Positions 37,652 to 46,682 of a stretch of 64,000 bases of DNA are shown one piece after another. The DNA is from Hyphomicrobiales bacterium. GTDB lineage: Bacteria; Pseudomonadota; Alphaproteobacteria; Rhizobiales; CAJQND01. The notes under the pieces are model-generated. The model worked only from the letters and a program-made list of their open reading frames with translations. It had not been told where the DNA came from and made no database searches. How positions within the stretch are numbered: position 1 is the first letter of the stretch; every line of letters starts with the position of its first letter. The position numbers were made by a program, and so were the translations under genes. Location: contig CBDBFP010000003.1 of NCBI GenBank assembly GCA_965204985.1, positions 316,027-380,026 of the forward strand, read 5' to 3'.

Positions 37652-38842
37652 ATGCAACTCTCTCCTGAAAATCTGGAATTCCAGCAGACCGTCCGCACCT
37701 TCATTACCGAGAATCTCCCCGCCGCGCTCAGCACCAAAGTTCAGAACGGTCAGACCCTGACGCGGGATGATTTTCTGCAATGGCACAAAATCCTTTACGC
37801 AAAGGGCTGGATCGCACCGGGCTGGCCGGTCGAGCACGGCGGAACTGGCTGGTCTGCCATGGAACGGTATATCTTCGATGAAGAATTGGGATATGCCCCG
37901 ACACCCCAGATCATGCCATTTGGCCTGTCAATGGTTGGGCCGGTGATCATGACCTTCGGCAATGACGAACAGAAAACGAAGTTCCTCCCCCGAATTCTTA
38001 GCGGTGAAGATTGGTGGTGCCAAGGCTATTCAGAACCAGAAGCCGGGTCTGACCTCGCCTCCCTCAAGACCAAAGCCGAACGGGATGGTGGTCATTACAT
38101 CATCAACGGCTCCAAGACCTGGACATCGTACGCACAATTTGCAGACATGATGTTCTGTCTGGTCCGCACGTCTGTTGAAGCAAAACGCCAGGAAGGCATT
38201 TCCTTCCTCCTTCTCGATATGAAATCAGAGGGGATCACGGTGAAACCAATCCGCACCATGGATGGCGGAGTGGAAGTCAACGAAGTGTTCTTTGACAATG
38301 TTCAGGTTTCTGCCGAAAATCTCGTGGGCGAAGAGGGCAAAGGATGGACATACGCAAAGTTCCTGCTGAGCCACGAAAGAACAGGGATGGCATCGATTGG
38401 CCACTCACGCAGGCACCTGGAACGCGTTCGGCAAATTGCCGCTGAAGAGCCTGTTGGAGACCAGACGCTGGCCGACGCCCCGACCTTCCAGAACAAGGCG
38501 GCAGCGATCGAGATTGAATTGCTGGCGCTGGAATCACTGGTTATGCAGATCCTCGCAGAGCAGGATATTGGTCAACGGCCGGGCCCCGAATCCTCATTCC
38601 TGAAACTCAAGGGAACCGAGATCCAACAACAGATCACAGAACTGCAGTTCGATGCAGTCGGAAACTACGCGCATCCATTTGTCCCTGAGGCCCTCCAGCA
38701 TGGCTGGAATGAAGAACCAATTGGACCTGAGTACGCGGCCTCGGTTGCCCCTCACTATTTCAACTTCCGCAAGACCTCCATTTATGGCGGCAGCACCGAA
38801 ATTCAGAAAAACATTGTCGCCAAGATGATCCTCGACCTTTGA
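37652..38842 (+). CDS. Acyl-CoA dehydrogenase family protein
   Basis: WCQGYSEPEAGSDLASL, INGSKTWTS, and a C-terminal IYGGSTEIQKNI. Confidence 0.85.
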   Translation: MQLSPENLEFQQTVRTFITENLPAALSTKVQNGQTLTRDDFLQWHKILYAKGWIAPGWPVEHGGTGWSAMERYIFDEELGYAPTPQIMPFGLSMVGPVIMTFGNDEQKTKFLPRILSGEDWWCQGYSEPEAGSDLASLKTKAERDGGHYIINGSKTWTSYAQFADMMFCLVRTSVEAKRQEGISFLLLDMKSEGITVKPIRTMDGGVEVNEVFFDNVQVSAENLVGEEGKGWTYAKFLLSHERTGMASIGHSRRHLERVRQIAAEEPVGDQTLADAPTFQNKAAAIEIELLALESLVMQILAEQDIGQRPGPESSFLKLKGTEIQQQITELQFDAVGNYAHPFVPEALQHGWNEEPIGPEYAASVAPHYFNFRKTSIYGGSTEIQKNIVAKMILDL

Positions 38843-38854
38843 TCGGAAATTCAC

Positions 38855-39988
38855 ATGGACGTATTGCTCAACGAAGAACAGCGTTTGCTGAAGGACAGTG
38901 TCGACCGTTTCATCGGCGACAACTACACATTCGAACAACGGCGCGCATGGACAGAAAGTCCGGAAGGTACACCGGAAACCAACTGGACAGCGTTTGCTGA
39001 AATGGGTTGGTTGGGCCTGCCGTTGCCGGAAGCGCACGGCGGGTTTGGTGGCAGTTTGAGTGATGTTGCCGTATTGATGGAAGGGTTTGGCCGCGGTCTC
39101 GTTGTGGATCCTTACATCCCCACTGTATTATTCGGTGCTGGCTTGTTGGCCGTGGCCGGGACGGCTGAACAACAGGCCGAACTCTTGCCATCCGTAGCTG
39201 AAGGCAAACTCAAGCTCGCCGTAGCCCACGTTGAACGGCAGGCCCGTTTCAACCTCGCCGATGTGAAAACAGAAGCTGCGACGACGCCGGACGGCTTCTG
39301 CCTGAACGGTCAAAAGTCTGTCGTTTTCGGGGCACCACAAGCGGACATGCTCCTGGTGAGCGCTCGAGCCGGAGGCAATCAAACGAACGAAGCTGGAATC
39401 TCATTGTTCCTTGTTCCCAACGACACACCAGGCCTAACGCTCCGACCATACCGGACGCAGGATGCCCACCTTGCTGCTGATATTGCACTCCAAAACGTCG
39501 AAGTGCCTTCCACAAACCTGATTGGAAAAGACGGAGTAGCATTTGCTGCCATAGAACAGGTTGCCCAGCGCACCATCATCGCTCTCTGTGCAGAGGCAAC
39601 CGGCGCCATGGAAGCACTGAATGAACTCACATTCGGGTATCTGAAAACCAGAACCCAGTTCGGCACACCCATCGGCAGCTTCCAATCCCTGCAGCATCAT
39701 GCATCTGACATGCTGATGGCCCACAAAATCACGCGCGCCATGATCCACCGGATGGCAAGGGAAGCAGAGGCAAGCGACACGACGCTCGCCCGTTGCGCAA
39801 CAGCATTGAAGGTACAAACAGGCAAGGCAGGCAAATTGGTTGGCCAAAATGCGATCCAGCTCCACGGCGGGATAGGGATGACGGACGAATATGCAGCCGG
39901 TCACTATTTCAAACGGCTTACAATGATCGATATGATGTTCGGAAATGCCGAACACCACCTCAGCCGCTTCGCTGCCGCCAGAAAATAA
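38855..39988 (+). CDS. Acyl-CoA dehydrogenase family protein (paralogous partner)
   Basis: ACAD-like middle and C-terminal domains (QLHGGIGMTDEY). Pairs with the upstream ACAD gene. Confidence 0.8.
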   Translation: MDVLLNEEQRLLKDSVDRFIGDNYTFEQRRAWTESPEGTPETNWTAFAEMGWLGLPLPEAHGGFGGSLSDVAVLMEGFGRGLVVDPYIPTVLFGAGLLAVAGTAEQQAELLPSVAEGKLKLAVAHVERQARFNLADVKTEAATTPDGFCLNGQKSVVFGAPQADMLLVSARAGGNQTNEAGISLFLVPNDTPGLTLRPYRTQDAHLAADIALQNVEVPSTNLIGKDGVAFAAIEQVAQRTIIALCAEATGAMEALNELTFGYLKTRTQFGTPIGSFQSLQHHASDMLMAHKITRAMIHRMAREAEASDTTLARCATALKVQTGKAGKLVGQNAIQLHGGIGMTDEYAAGHYFKRLTMIDMMFGNAEHHLSRFAAARK

Positions 39989-39995
39989 GGCCTAA

Positions 39996-40875
39996 TCAAC
40001 GGCCCTCAGGTTTGCCCGTTTTGGGTCCAATCGCGAGGTGATTTTCAAAGAGGCGGTTGGAGAGCCCGTTCTCCCGAAGAGATTGCCAGACCTTCCCGAC
40101 CCGATTGAGCCCCGGTGATCTGGCGGGCAGAAAGGTCAGGGTCTCCGGCCCCTTCACCTCGCCGGAGGTGTGCCCCGGCGCGCGGGCCATCGGGACGGCG
40201 GCCTGAGCGCCTTTTGCAACGGGCCGGCTGATCTCCTTGAGAGGCAGGTTCCTTGTTCCAGTGTCCGCCCATAGCACTATGGCAGCATGGCCGCGCCGGT
40301 CTCCCTGTCTGCGCACACCGCGCCGGACAGGCAGGCCGATTTGTAACGCTGATCGGCCGGCCATCGCGGTCTCGTCCCCTTGCGCGCCCGGATGCGGCCG
40401 CGGCCGGTCTTCTGGCCGATGCGGGCCTCGTCCTGAACCCGGACCTCGATCGGCCTGTCTGCCGGACCGTGGTTCAAAGGGGAGGCAAGGCTTTGGGGGA
40501 CGTTTTTTGAAAGCCTCCATGAGGCCCGGGTTCTGGTCCGGGTGTTGCGGGCGCCCGGTGAGGCGGGAAAAGCCGGGCGCTGCAGGCAGCCTGGGAGGGT
40601 CCTCTCGTGAGAAACAACACCGAACCGGTCTTCGCTCCCCCGTTGAAGGTCAAGTCGTCTCCAGCGGACCCCACCCCCCTTCGCCGCATCCGCCCGGCTC
40701 ATCCCGTCATAAACACAAGCAAGCGAAAGCAAACGCCGGGCCTGACGGAGATCTTCGCTCATCCTGGCAAGGCTGCGAAGGGGCAAAGCATCATAGTCGT
40801 CACGACCGCCAACAGTTGCAGACACCGGAAATCCTCCCTTGTCTGCATGGATCCAGAGTGCAGCCGGGTTGAAAG
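39996..40875 (-). pseudogene. Degenerate IS630-family transposase copy (frameshifts and internal deletion)
   Basis: C-terminal motif LTFLPARSPGLNRVGKVWQSLRENGLSNRLF and an N-terminal MSEDLRQARRLLSLACVYDGMSRADAA. The pieces lie in different frames. Confidence 0.65.
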
Positions 40876-40879
40876 GGCC

Positions 40880-41942
40880 TGAGAGACAATCAATCATACC
40901 ATCGCTCACTGCTCCCACCCGATGGTCCCATTCGCGCCCTCCGATTGAGAGGACGCGCCCTGGTTGATGCCTGAGGGTGTTCCAGGCTTGGCAGCAGTGA
41001 TCTGCGATGTCGTCGCAGGTCTTGAAAACGAGGGTCGAAAGCCAGGTGTCCCGGATGAACGGCCAGACGTTCCCGACCGGGTTCACCTCTGGTGCCCCTG
41101 GCGGCCGTGGGACGAGGGTGATGTTGTCGGGGACAGCCCCTTTGGGTGAGCTCTGCCCTCCCGCCCGATCAGGGATCAGGAGGGCGTGTACCCCGGCCTC
41201 GACCTGTTGACTGATGAGCTTGAGAGGCTCAGCCATGGGGTGAGTGTCGCACCAGGGCATGCCCCGCCCGTCGCCGTTGGCCCTGGCAGGGCAGAGGGCG
41301 CCGAAGAGACAGGCCCCTTCGGTCCGCTGATCGTGCGGCGCGCGGGGCCGCGTCCCCCGTTGCGCCCGGCGTCGCGTGCGTTTGTTCTTCTGACCCATCC
41401 GGGCGTCGTCCTGAACCCGGAGCTCTATCGGCTTGCCGCCCCATTGGCTGCGGATGCGGTCGACGACGTCGCAGACGTTTTGTTGAACGCCTCGCTGGCC
41501 CCGTCGTGCTGTGCGTCGTGCTGCGGGCGGGCGGAGAGCTGGCGAACCCCAGGGCGACCCCGATGGCGACCCCGATGGCGCGAAGGTCCCGTCCCGGCGT
41601 CTGACGACTGACCGGGACGCCCGGGTCCTCCTGCGCCCCCTGCGCTCCCTGCGCCAGATCGACCCGCTGCCAGCGCACGATGCCGTCCATATCGGGCCTT
41701 GGCCCCGCCTCAACAGTCGCTGCCAGCGCCGTGCGGTGTTCGTCTGTCAGGATCGGCGTCTTTGCGGGCGCCTTGCGTGTCACCAGGGCCTCCGCGCCGC
41801 CGGCCTTGAAGCGTAACACCCGGTCCCGGATCACCGCCAAGGCAAGAAGCTGCCGCGTCTGATCCGCCTCTTCGCTCTTGCGGGCTGTGCGAGGCAGGTC
41901 ATCGCCCAGAAAGTCCGCTCTCGGTTGAACAGCTGCTGCCAT
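40880..41942 (-). pseudogene. Second degenerate IS630-family transposase copy, in tandem and in the same orientation
   Basis: Fragments seen: MAAAVQPRADFLGDDL..., IELRVQDDARMGQKN, and LVPRPPGAPEVNPVGNVWPFIRDTWLS. The N- and C-parts are in different frames. Confidence 0.65.
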
Positions 41943-42276
41943 GGAAAACCTCCCTTGTTTTCCATGCTGAAGCAGGCCGAACATCGATTGGGACCCCCCT
42001 CGGAGAGCCTGAGCCAGTCAGCCGCAGTATTACGGTTGGCATGGAAGGCAACTATGACGGCATCGGTGCAAAGGACTTCGATGCTGTGGGTGGTTCCGTA
42101 AAAATCAGCGTGCCTTTGAACCAAGGCGATTTTTGCCAAGGGCTTACGAAAACACTTTCCCGATTCGTTCGGGGCGCGTAATAAGTGCCCCAAATGGGGC
42201 ATTGTCGCCGTGCGGTCGTTTCCACGTCATAAGGTATCGCCTCTTTCCCGAAGCTTGAAAGAACGAGGCAGAAAAA

Positions 42277-43203
42277 ATGGCGAGCAAGGAAGATCTAAAG
42301 GGTCTGTTTACTCCGGTCTTGACCCCATTCACTGCGAGCTATGAGATCGACCCCGAGCGGTATGTGAAATTCTGCAGCTGGATCGTGAGCCAGGATGCGG
42401 GCCTGGCCTGTTTCGGAACGAACTCGGAAGCAAATTCGCTTTCCGTTGGCGAGCGCATTGAGCTGTTGGACCGGCTTGTCGAAGCCGGCATCGGACCGGA
42501 AAAGCTGATGCCGGGCAACGGCGCTTGTGCGTTGCCAGATGCCTACCGCCTCTCGGAGGCTGCCGCAAAGCTCGGGTGCGCCGCGACACTCATGCTGCCA
42601 CCCTTCTATTATAAGGGAGTTTCCGACGAAGGTTTGTACCGGGCTTATGCCGATGTAATCGAACATGTAGGCTCATCCGACCTCCGGATTTGCCTTTATC
42701 ACATACCCCAGGTTTCCGGAATCCCGATCACGCTAAACCTCATCGAGCGCCTGGTGAAAGATTACCCCGAGACGGTTGTCGGCCTGAAAGATTCGTCCGG
42801 CAACTGGGATAACACCAAGGCAGTGTTGGAAAATTTCCCGGACTTCAAGGTCTTCCCCGGCGCTGAAACCTTTCTCTTGCAGGGTATGCGCCACGGCGCA
42901 GTTGGATGCATCTCCGCAACCGCAAACATAAATCCCGGTCCAATTGCAGGACTGGCTGCAGAATGGCAGGCAGATGATGCAGACGCCAGGCAGGCCAAGC
43001 TGGACAAGGTGAGATCTGTTGTCACCGAATACGCGCCCATACCAGCATTGAAAGCAGCAGTTGCCCATCACTCCGGTGATGAAGCCTGGCGCACGGTTCG
43101 CCCACCGCTGGTTGAATTGGATGAAAATGCCGCAGCCGGAGTTGTGGAAAAACTGTCCTCTGTAGAGTTCAAGATGCCCGGATTGGCTGAGGCGTTAAGT
43201 TAG
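42277..43203 (+). CDS. Dihydrodipicolinate synthase/N-acetylneuraminate lyase family protein
   Basis: A 308-aa protein with a DapA-family layout (TPFT..., GTNSEANSLS, YHIP, KDSSG with the Schiff-base Lys). Confidence 0.75.
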   Translation: MASKEDLKGLFTPVLTPFTASYEIDPERYVKFCSWIVSQDAGLACFGTNSEANSLSVGERIELLDRLVEAGIGPEKLMPGNGACALPDAYRLSEAAAKLGCAATLMLPPFYYKGVSDEGLYRAYADVIEHVGSSDLRICLYHIPQVSGIPITLNLIERLVKDYPETVVGLKDSSGNWDNTKAVLENFPDFKVFPGAETFLLQGMRHGAVGCISATANINPGPIAGLAAEWQADDADARQAKLDKVRSVVTEYAPIPALKAAVAHHSGDEAWRTVRPPLVELDENAAAGVVEKLSSVEFKMPGLAEALS

Positions 43204-43383
43204 TTGATGAAGAACTTGCCGTTGCCGGTTGCTGCAAACCAAAGGCGATGATAGTTAAGCTCCCTCAGTAAAGAAACTGGCTTGGACTGGGCTTTGATAG
43301 CGGGAGGGTCCGGCCGAAGAAATGGGTTTCATGCCGACTGATGGTTGGGCAGAGGACCTCGACCGCAGGTGAGGTGATCCCAC

Positions 43384-44757
43384 GTGAATAATTCCGGCTC
43401 TGCTTTGGCGCGCCTTGCATTACTGTGCGTATTTTCATTCCTGTGTTTCCTGCCCGCGAATTCGGCTACAGCAGGCCCAACGATTGTCTACGACCCGAAA
43501 ACGGGTCATGTGCTCTCCCAGAAAGATGCAGGCGTCCCCTGGTACCCAGCTTCTCTGACTAAAATGATGACGGCCTATGTGGCCTTCCAGGCAATCAAGG
43601 TGGGAAAAGTCAAGATCTCAGACCCGGTGGTGATGTCCCCACGTGCTGCATCAGAACCGCCATCAAGGTTGGGGTTGCCTGTCGGCACCAAACTTCCGCT
43701 CGGATTGGCTGTAAAGGCGTTGCTTGTGCGCTCTGCCAACGACCTTGCGGTGGCAATTGCCGAAAAAGTATCCGGCAGTGTCGAAAACTTTGTGCGCGAT
43801 ATGAACGCAACTGCAAGGTCCATAGGCATGACCGGCAGCTATTTTGCAAACACGCATGGTCTGCCTGATCCGCGGCAAATTACAACTGCCAGGGATATGG
43901 CCATTCTGGGCGGTAAACTCGTCACTGAGTTCTCCCGCTATAACGATTATTATGACAGCCGTGCCGTAAAGGTCCGCAAGCGGTCATATGCGAGCCGCAA
44001 CAGAGCTTATCTCAATGGCTGGAATGCAGCTGATGGCATCAAGGGCGGGTATATCTGCAATTCAGGTTTCAATCTGGTGGCCAGCGCAACAGTGGACGGC
44101 AGGCGACTGATCGGTGTCGTGCTCGGGGCAAGAACTGGCGGATCGCGCGCGGCAACTGCTCATAGCATTCTCAAGAAAGCGTTCAAACCGGGCAAAAAAG
44201 TTACCGGATCCCGTTCTGACAATGATGATTATGACGGGGGTATTAGGCGGACTTCTGCCAAGACCGGCACGCCGATCTCGAACATAAAGAATGGTCTCGT
44301 ATCACCGACCAAACTCCCCAAGGATATGGCGCCCACCATCTGCAAACACCTGGGAACATGGCGCCGGGTGAGGCCGTACCGTCTCCGCCGGAAATGGACC
44401 GTTGCGTTTGGCAAGTTCAAGAACCCAACAGCGGCTTACCGCATCCTCCGAACCCGGCTTCTGAACACGTTCGACGTCTTTTATGGCGGCAATCACGGCC
44501 TGATCAAGCTTCACCCCAATCGTGGATATCTTCCTGCCATCGGGAATCTTGACAAGACGCAAGCAACCAAGCTTTGCAAACATATCAAGGCCAAATCCAA
44601 ACCTTGCACGATGCTTTCGCCTGACTATATGACGAGATTGGCGGAGGAAGACAATGCGATAGAAAAGGCCAAGAGAGCCAAACGTGTTGCAGCCAAAAAG
44701 GCAAAAAAGCGCCGCAGCAAAAAACGCAGGAAGAAAAGGCGTACTATCAACAAGTAG
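43384..44757 (+). CDS. D-alanyl-D-alanine carboxypeptidase (peptidase S11) with a C-terminal SPOR-like domain and polybasic tail
   Basis: Signal peptide, SLTKMMT (SxxK), SAN (SxN-like), C-terminal WTVAFGKFKNPTAAY, and the tail KKAKKRRSKKRRKKRR. Confidence 0.7.
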   Translation: MNNSGSALARLALLCVFSFLCFLPANSATAGPTIVYDPKTGHVLSQKDAGVPWYPASLTKMMTAYVAFQAIKVGKVKISDPVVMSPRAASEPPSRLGLPVGTKLPLGLAVKALLVRSANDLAVAIAEKVSGSVENFVRDMNATARSIGMTGSYFANTHGLPDPRQITTARDMAILGGKLVTEFSRYNDYYDSRAVKVRKRSYASRNRAYLNGWNAADGIKGGYICNSGFNLVASATVDGRRLIGVVLGARTGGSRAATAHSILKKAFKPGKKVTGSRSDNDDYDGGIRRTSAKTGTPISNIKNGLVSPTKLPKDMAPTICKHLGTWRRVRPYRLRRKWTVAFGKFKNPTAAYRILRTRLLNTFDVFYGGNHGLIKLHPNRGYLPAIGNLDKTQATKLCKHIKAKSKPCTMLSPDYMTRLAEEDNAIEKAKRAKRVAAKKAKKRRSKKRRKKRRTINK

Positions 44758-44791
44758 GTTTCAACCTGTTGCAGACACCTGGAAGAACATC

Positions 44792-45910
44792 ATGGCGAAA
44801 GATGCCGACAAGCAACCTGTCCCCCTTTCAGTCCTGACCGGATTTCTTGGCTCAGGCAAGACCACACTTTTGAACAAATTGTTGTGTGATCCGGCAATGG
44901 CCGGAACTGCTGTCATTATCAATGAATTCGGTGAAATCGGTCTGGATCACCTGCTGGTTGAGACCGCTGATGAAAACGTCATGGAGATGTCGTCAGGATG
45001 TCTCTGCTGCACGATTCGGGGCGATCTCATCGACACGATGGAAGACCTGATGCACCGCCGCGATGCGGGCAGCGTCAAGCAGTTCGACCGGGTCATGATT
45101 GAAACCACAGGCCTCGCGGATCCCGCACCGATTCTGCACACCATCATGAATCACCCATGGCTTGTCGCCCGGTACCGGCTGGAGTCCGTCATCACTCTTG
45201 TGGATGCCGTCAACGGTGAAGCAACTCTGGATGCGCATGGCGAAGCCGTCAAACAAGTGGCGGTGGCAGATCGGTTAATTCTCTCCAAGACAGACCTTCT
45301 GAGTGGCCTTGAAGGCGAAGAGACATTGGCTTCGCTGGTCCCCCGGTTGCGCAAACTGGCTCCGGCAGCACGCATTCTGGACACCCTGACCGGTGAAGTG
45401 ACACCAGAGCGCCTTTTCAATGCCGGTCTATATGACCCCGATACAAAAACCCCCGACGTGAAACGCTGGCTGTCAGAGGAGGCCTTTGAAAAAGGGGGAC
45501 ATCATCACGATCATGATCACGACGTGAACCGCCATGATCAATATATCAAGGCCTTTTGCATTGCAGAAGACAAGCCCATCAGCGCCATGTCTTTCGATCT
45601 GTTTCTGGAGTTGTTGCGCTCCTATCATGGACCCAACTTGTTGCGCGTCAAAGGCATCGTGAAAGTTGAGGAAGACCAGGAGCGCCCGTTCATCATCCAT
45701 GGGGTGCAACACGTTTTCCATCCGCCAGTCCAGCTTGATTCATGGCCAGACGACGATCACCGTTCGCGCCTCGTGTTCATCACACGCGGCGTTGAAAAGG
45801 CTGAATTGAAGAAACTCTTCAAAGCGTTCACTAATCGTTCGCAAAGTGCAGGCGCAGCCTTTCGTGATAACACCTTGTCACTTCGAAGCGGGGGATTGCT
45901 CGAACAATGA
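44792..45910 (+). CDS. COG0523/CobW-family GTPase metallochaperone with a His-rich insert
   Basis: GFLGSGKTTLLN P-loop, the CxCC motif GCLCCT, and the His-rich stretch GGHHHDHDHDVNRHD. Confidence 0.8.
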   Translation: MAKDADKQPVPLSVLTGFLGSGKTTLLNKLLCDPAMAGTAVIINEFGEIGLDHLLVETADENVMEMSSGCLCCTIRGDLIDTMEDLMHRRDAGSVKQFDRVMIETTGLADPAPILHTIMNHPWLVARYRLESVITLVDAVNGEATLDAHGEAVKQVAVADRLILSKTDLLSGLEGEETLASLVPRLRKLAPAARILDTLTGEVTPERLFNAGLYDPDTKTPDVKRWLSEEAFEKGGHHHDHDHDVNRHDQYIKAFCIAEDKPISAMSFDLFLELLRSYHGPNLLRVKGIVKVEEDQERPFIIHGVQHVFHPPVQLDSWPDDDHRSRLVFITRGVEKAELKKLFKAFTNRSQSAGAAFRDNTLSLRSGGLLEQ

Positions 45911-46254
45911 ACGTCAAACTCTATGGCCTGAAAAATTGCGACACTTGCCATAAAGCAATGAAGGCTCTGACAACAGCCGGCTTGGCGCACGATTTTGTAG
46001 ATATGCGGGTGGACGGTGTAACCGCTGAACAAGTGAACGATTGGGCAGAAACAGTTGGTTGGAAATCACTGCTCAATACGAAATCCACAACCTGGCGAGG
46101 TCTGCCTGACGCCGAAAAGGCCGATGTGGATGAAGCACATGCTGTCAAACTAATGTGCGAACATCCCACATTGATCAAACGCCCCGTCATCGACGCGGGC
46201 GGATCGGTCACCGTTGGTTGGACCAAAGACGTTCAAGCGGAACTTGGCGTCTAA
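45907..46254 (+). CDS. ArsC/Spx/YffB-family thioredoxin-fold protein
   Basis: N-terminus KLYGLKNCDTCHKA. A 115-aa protein with an ATGA overlap with the COG0523 gene. Confidence 0.7.
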   Translation: MNVKLYGLKNCDTCHKAMKALTTAGLAHDFVDMRVDGVTAEQVNDWAETVGWKSLLNTKSTTWRGLPDAEKADVDEAHAVKLMCEHPTLIKRPVIDAGGSVTVGWTKDVQAELGV

Positions 46255-46484
46255 CCGGCCTTTCTGAGGTCAAACACAAGCAAGTCTCCATTTTGTGTCT
46301 GACTGATCAGCTCGTGCCCGCTTTCGTTGCAAAAGTGTGGAAAATCTATGGTTGCCATCGGATCGGTGGCTTCCACCCGCAAGATCTCCCCTGCTGCCAT
46401 CCCCTTCAACCGCTTGCGTGCCTTTAGCACCGGCAAGGGGCAAAGCTGGCCTCGGGTATCGAGAAATTCATTAGGTTTCGTCAT
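46251..46484 (-). CDS. TusA/SirA-family sulfurtransferase-like protein
   Basis: The CPLPVLKARKRL motif in a ~77-aa protein. Confidence 0.7.
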   Translation of the reverse strand: MTKPNEFLDTRGQLCPLPVLKARKRLKGMAAGEILRVEATDPMATIDFPHFCNESGHELISQTQNGDLLVFDLRKAG

Positions 46485-46682
46485 GTTATTTATTAAGTGA
46501 CACTTCCTCATTGCGAGCGCGAAAGAAGGTCGCTAATTGTCCGCATTCACCGCTAAAGCACAGGCCTCATCCATGGAGCTACCTTATCACCATTTGCGAA
46601 ATTCAATCGACCGTCTGGTTTATCAATCGATAATCTGTGGTATACCACACACCAGTGTCAGTCAAAGGTCCCGGATATCCCT

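Noticed and set aside
40277-41713. A 478-aa minus-strand ORF that could be taken for a large gene
   Set aside because: It is a read-through across two adjacent IS630 remnants. It contains the C-terminal motifs of one copy followed by the N-terminal HTH region of the next.
41831-42202. A 123-aa minus-strand ORF between the IS630 remnants and the DapA-family gene
   Set aside because: Its C-terminal third overlaps the IS630 N-terminal region, it has no recognisable motif or RBS, and I have too little evidence to call it a gene.
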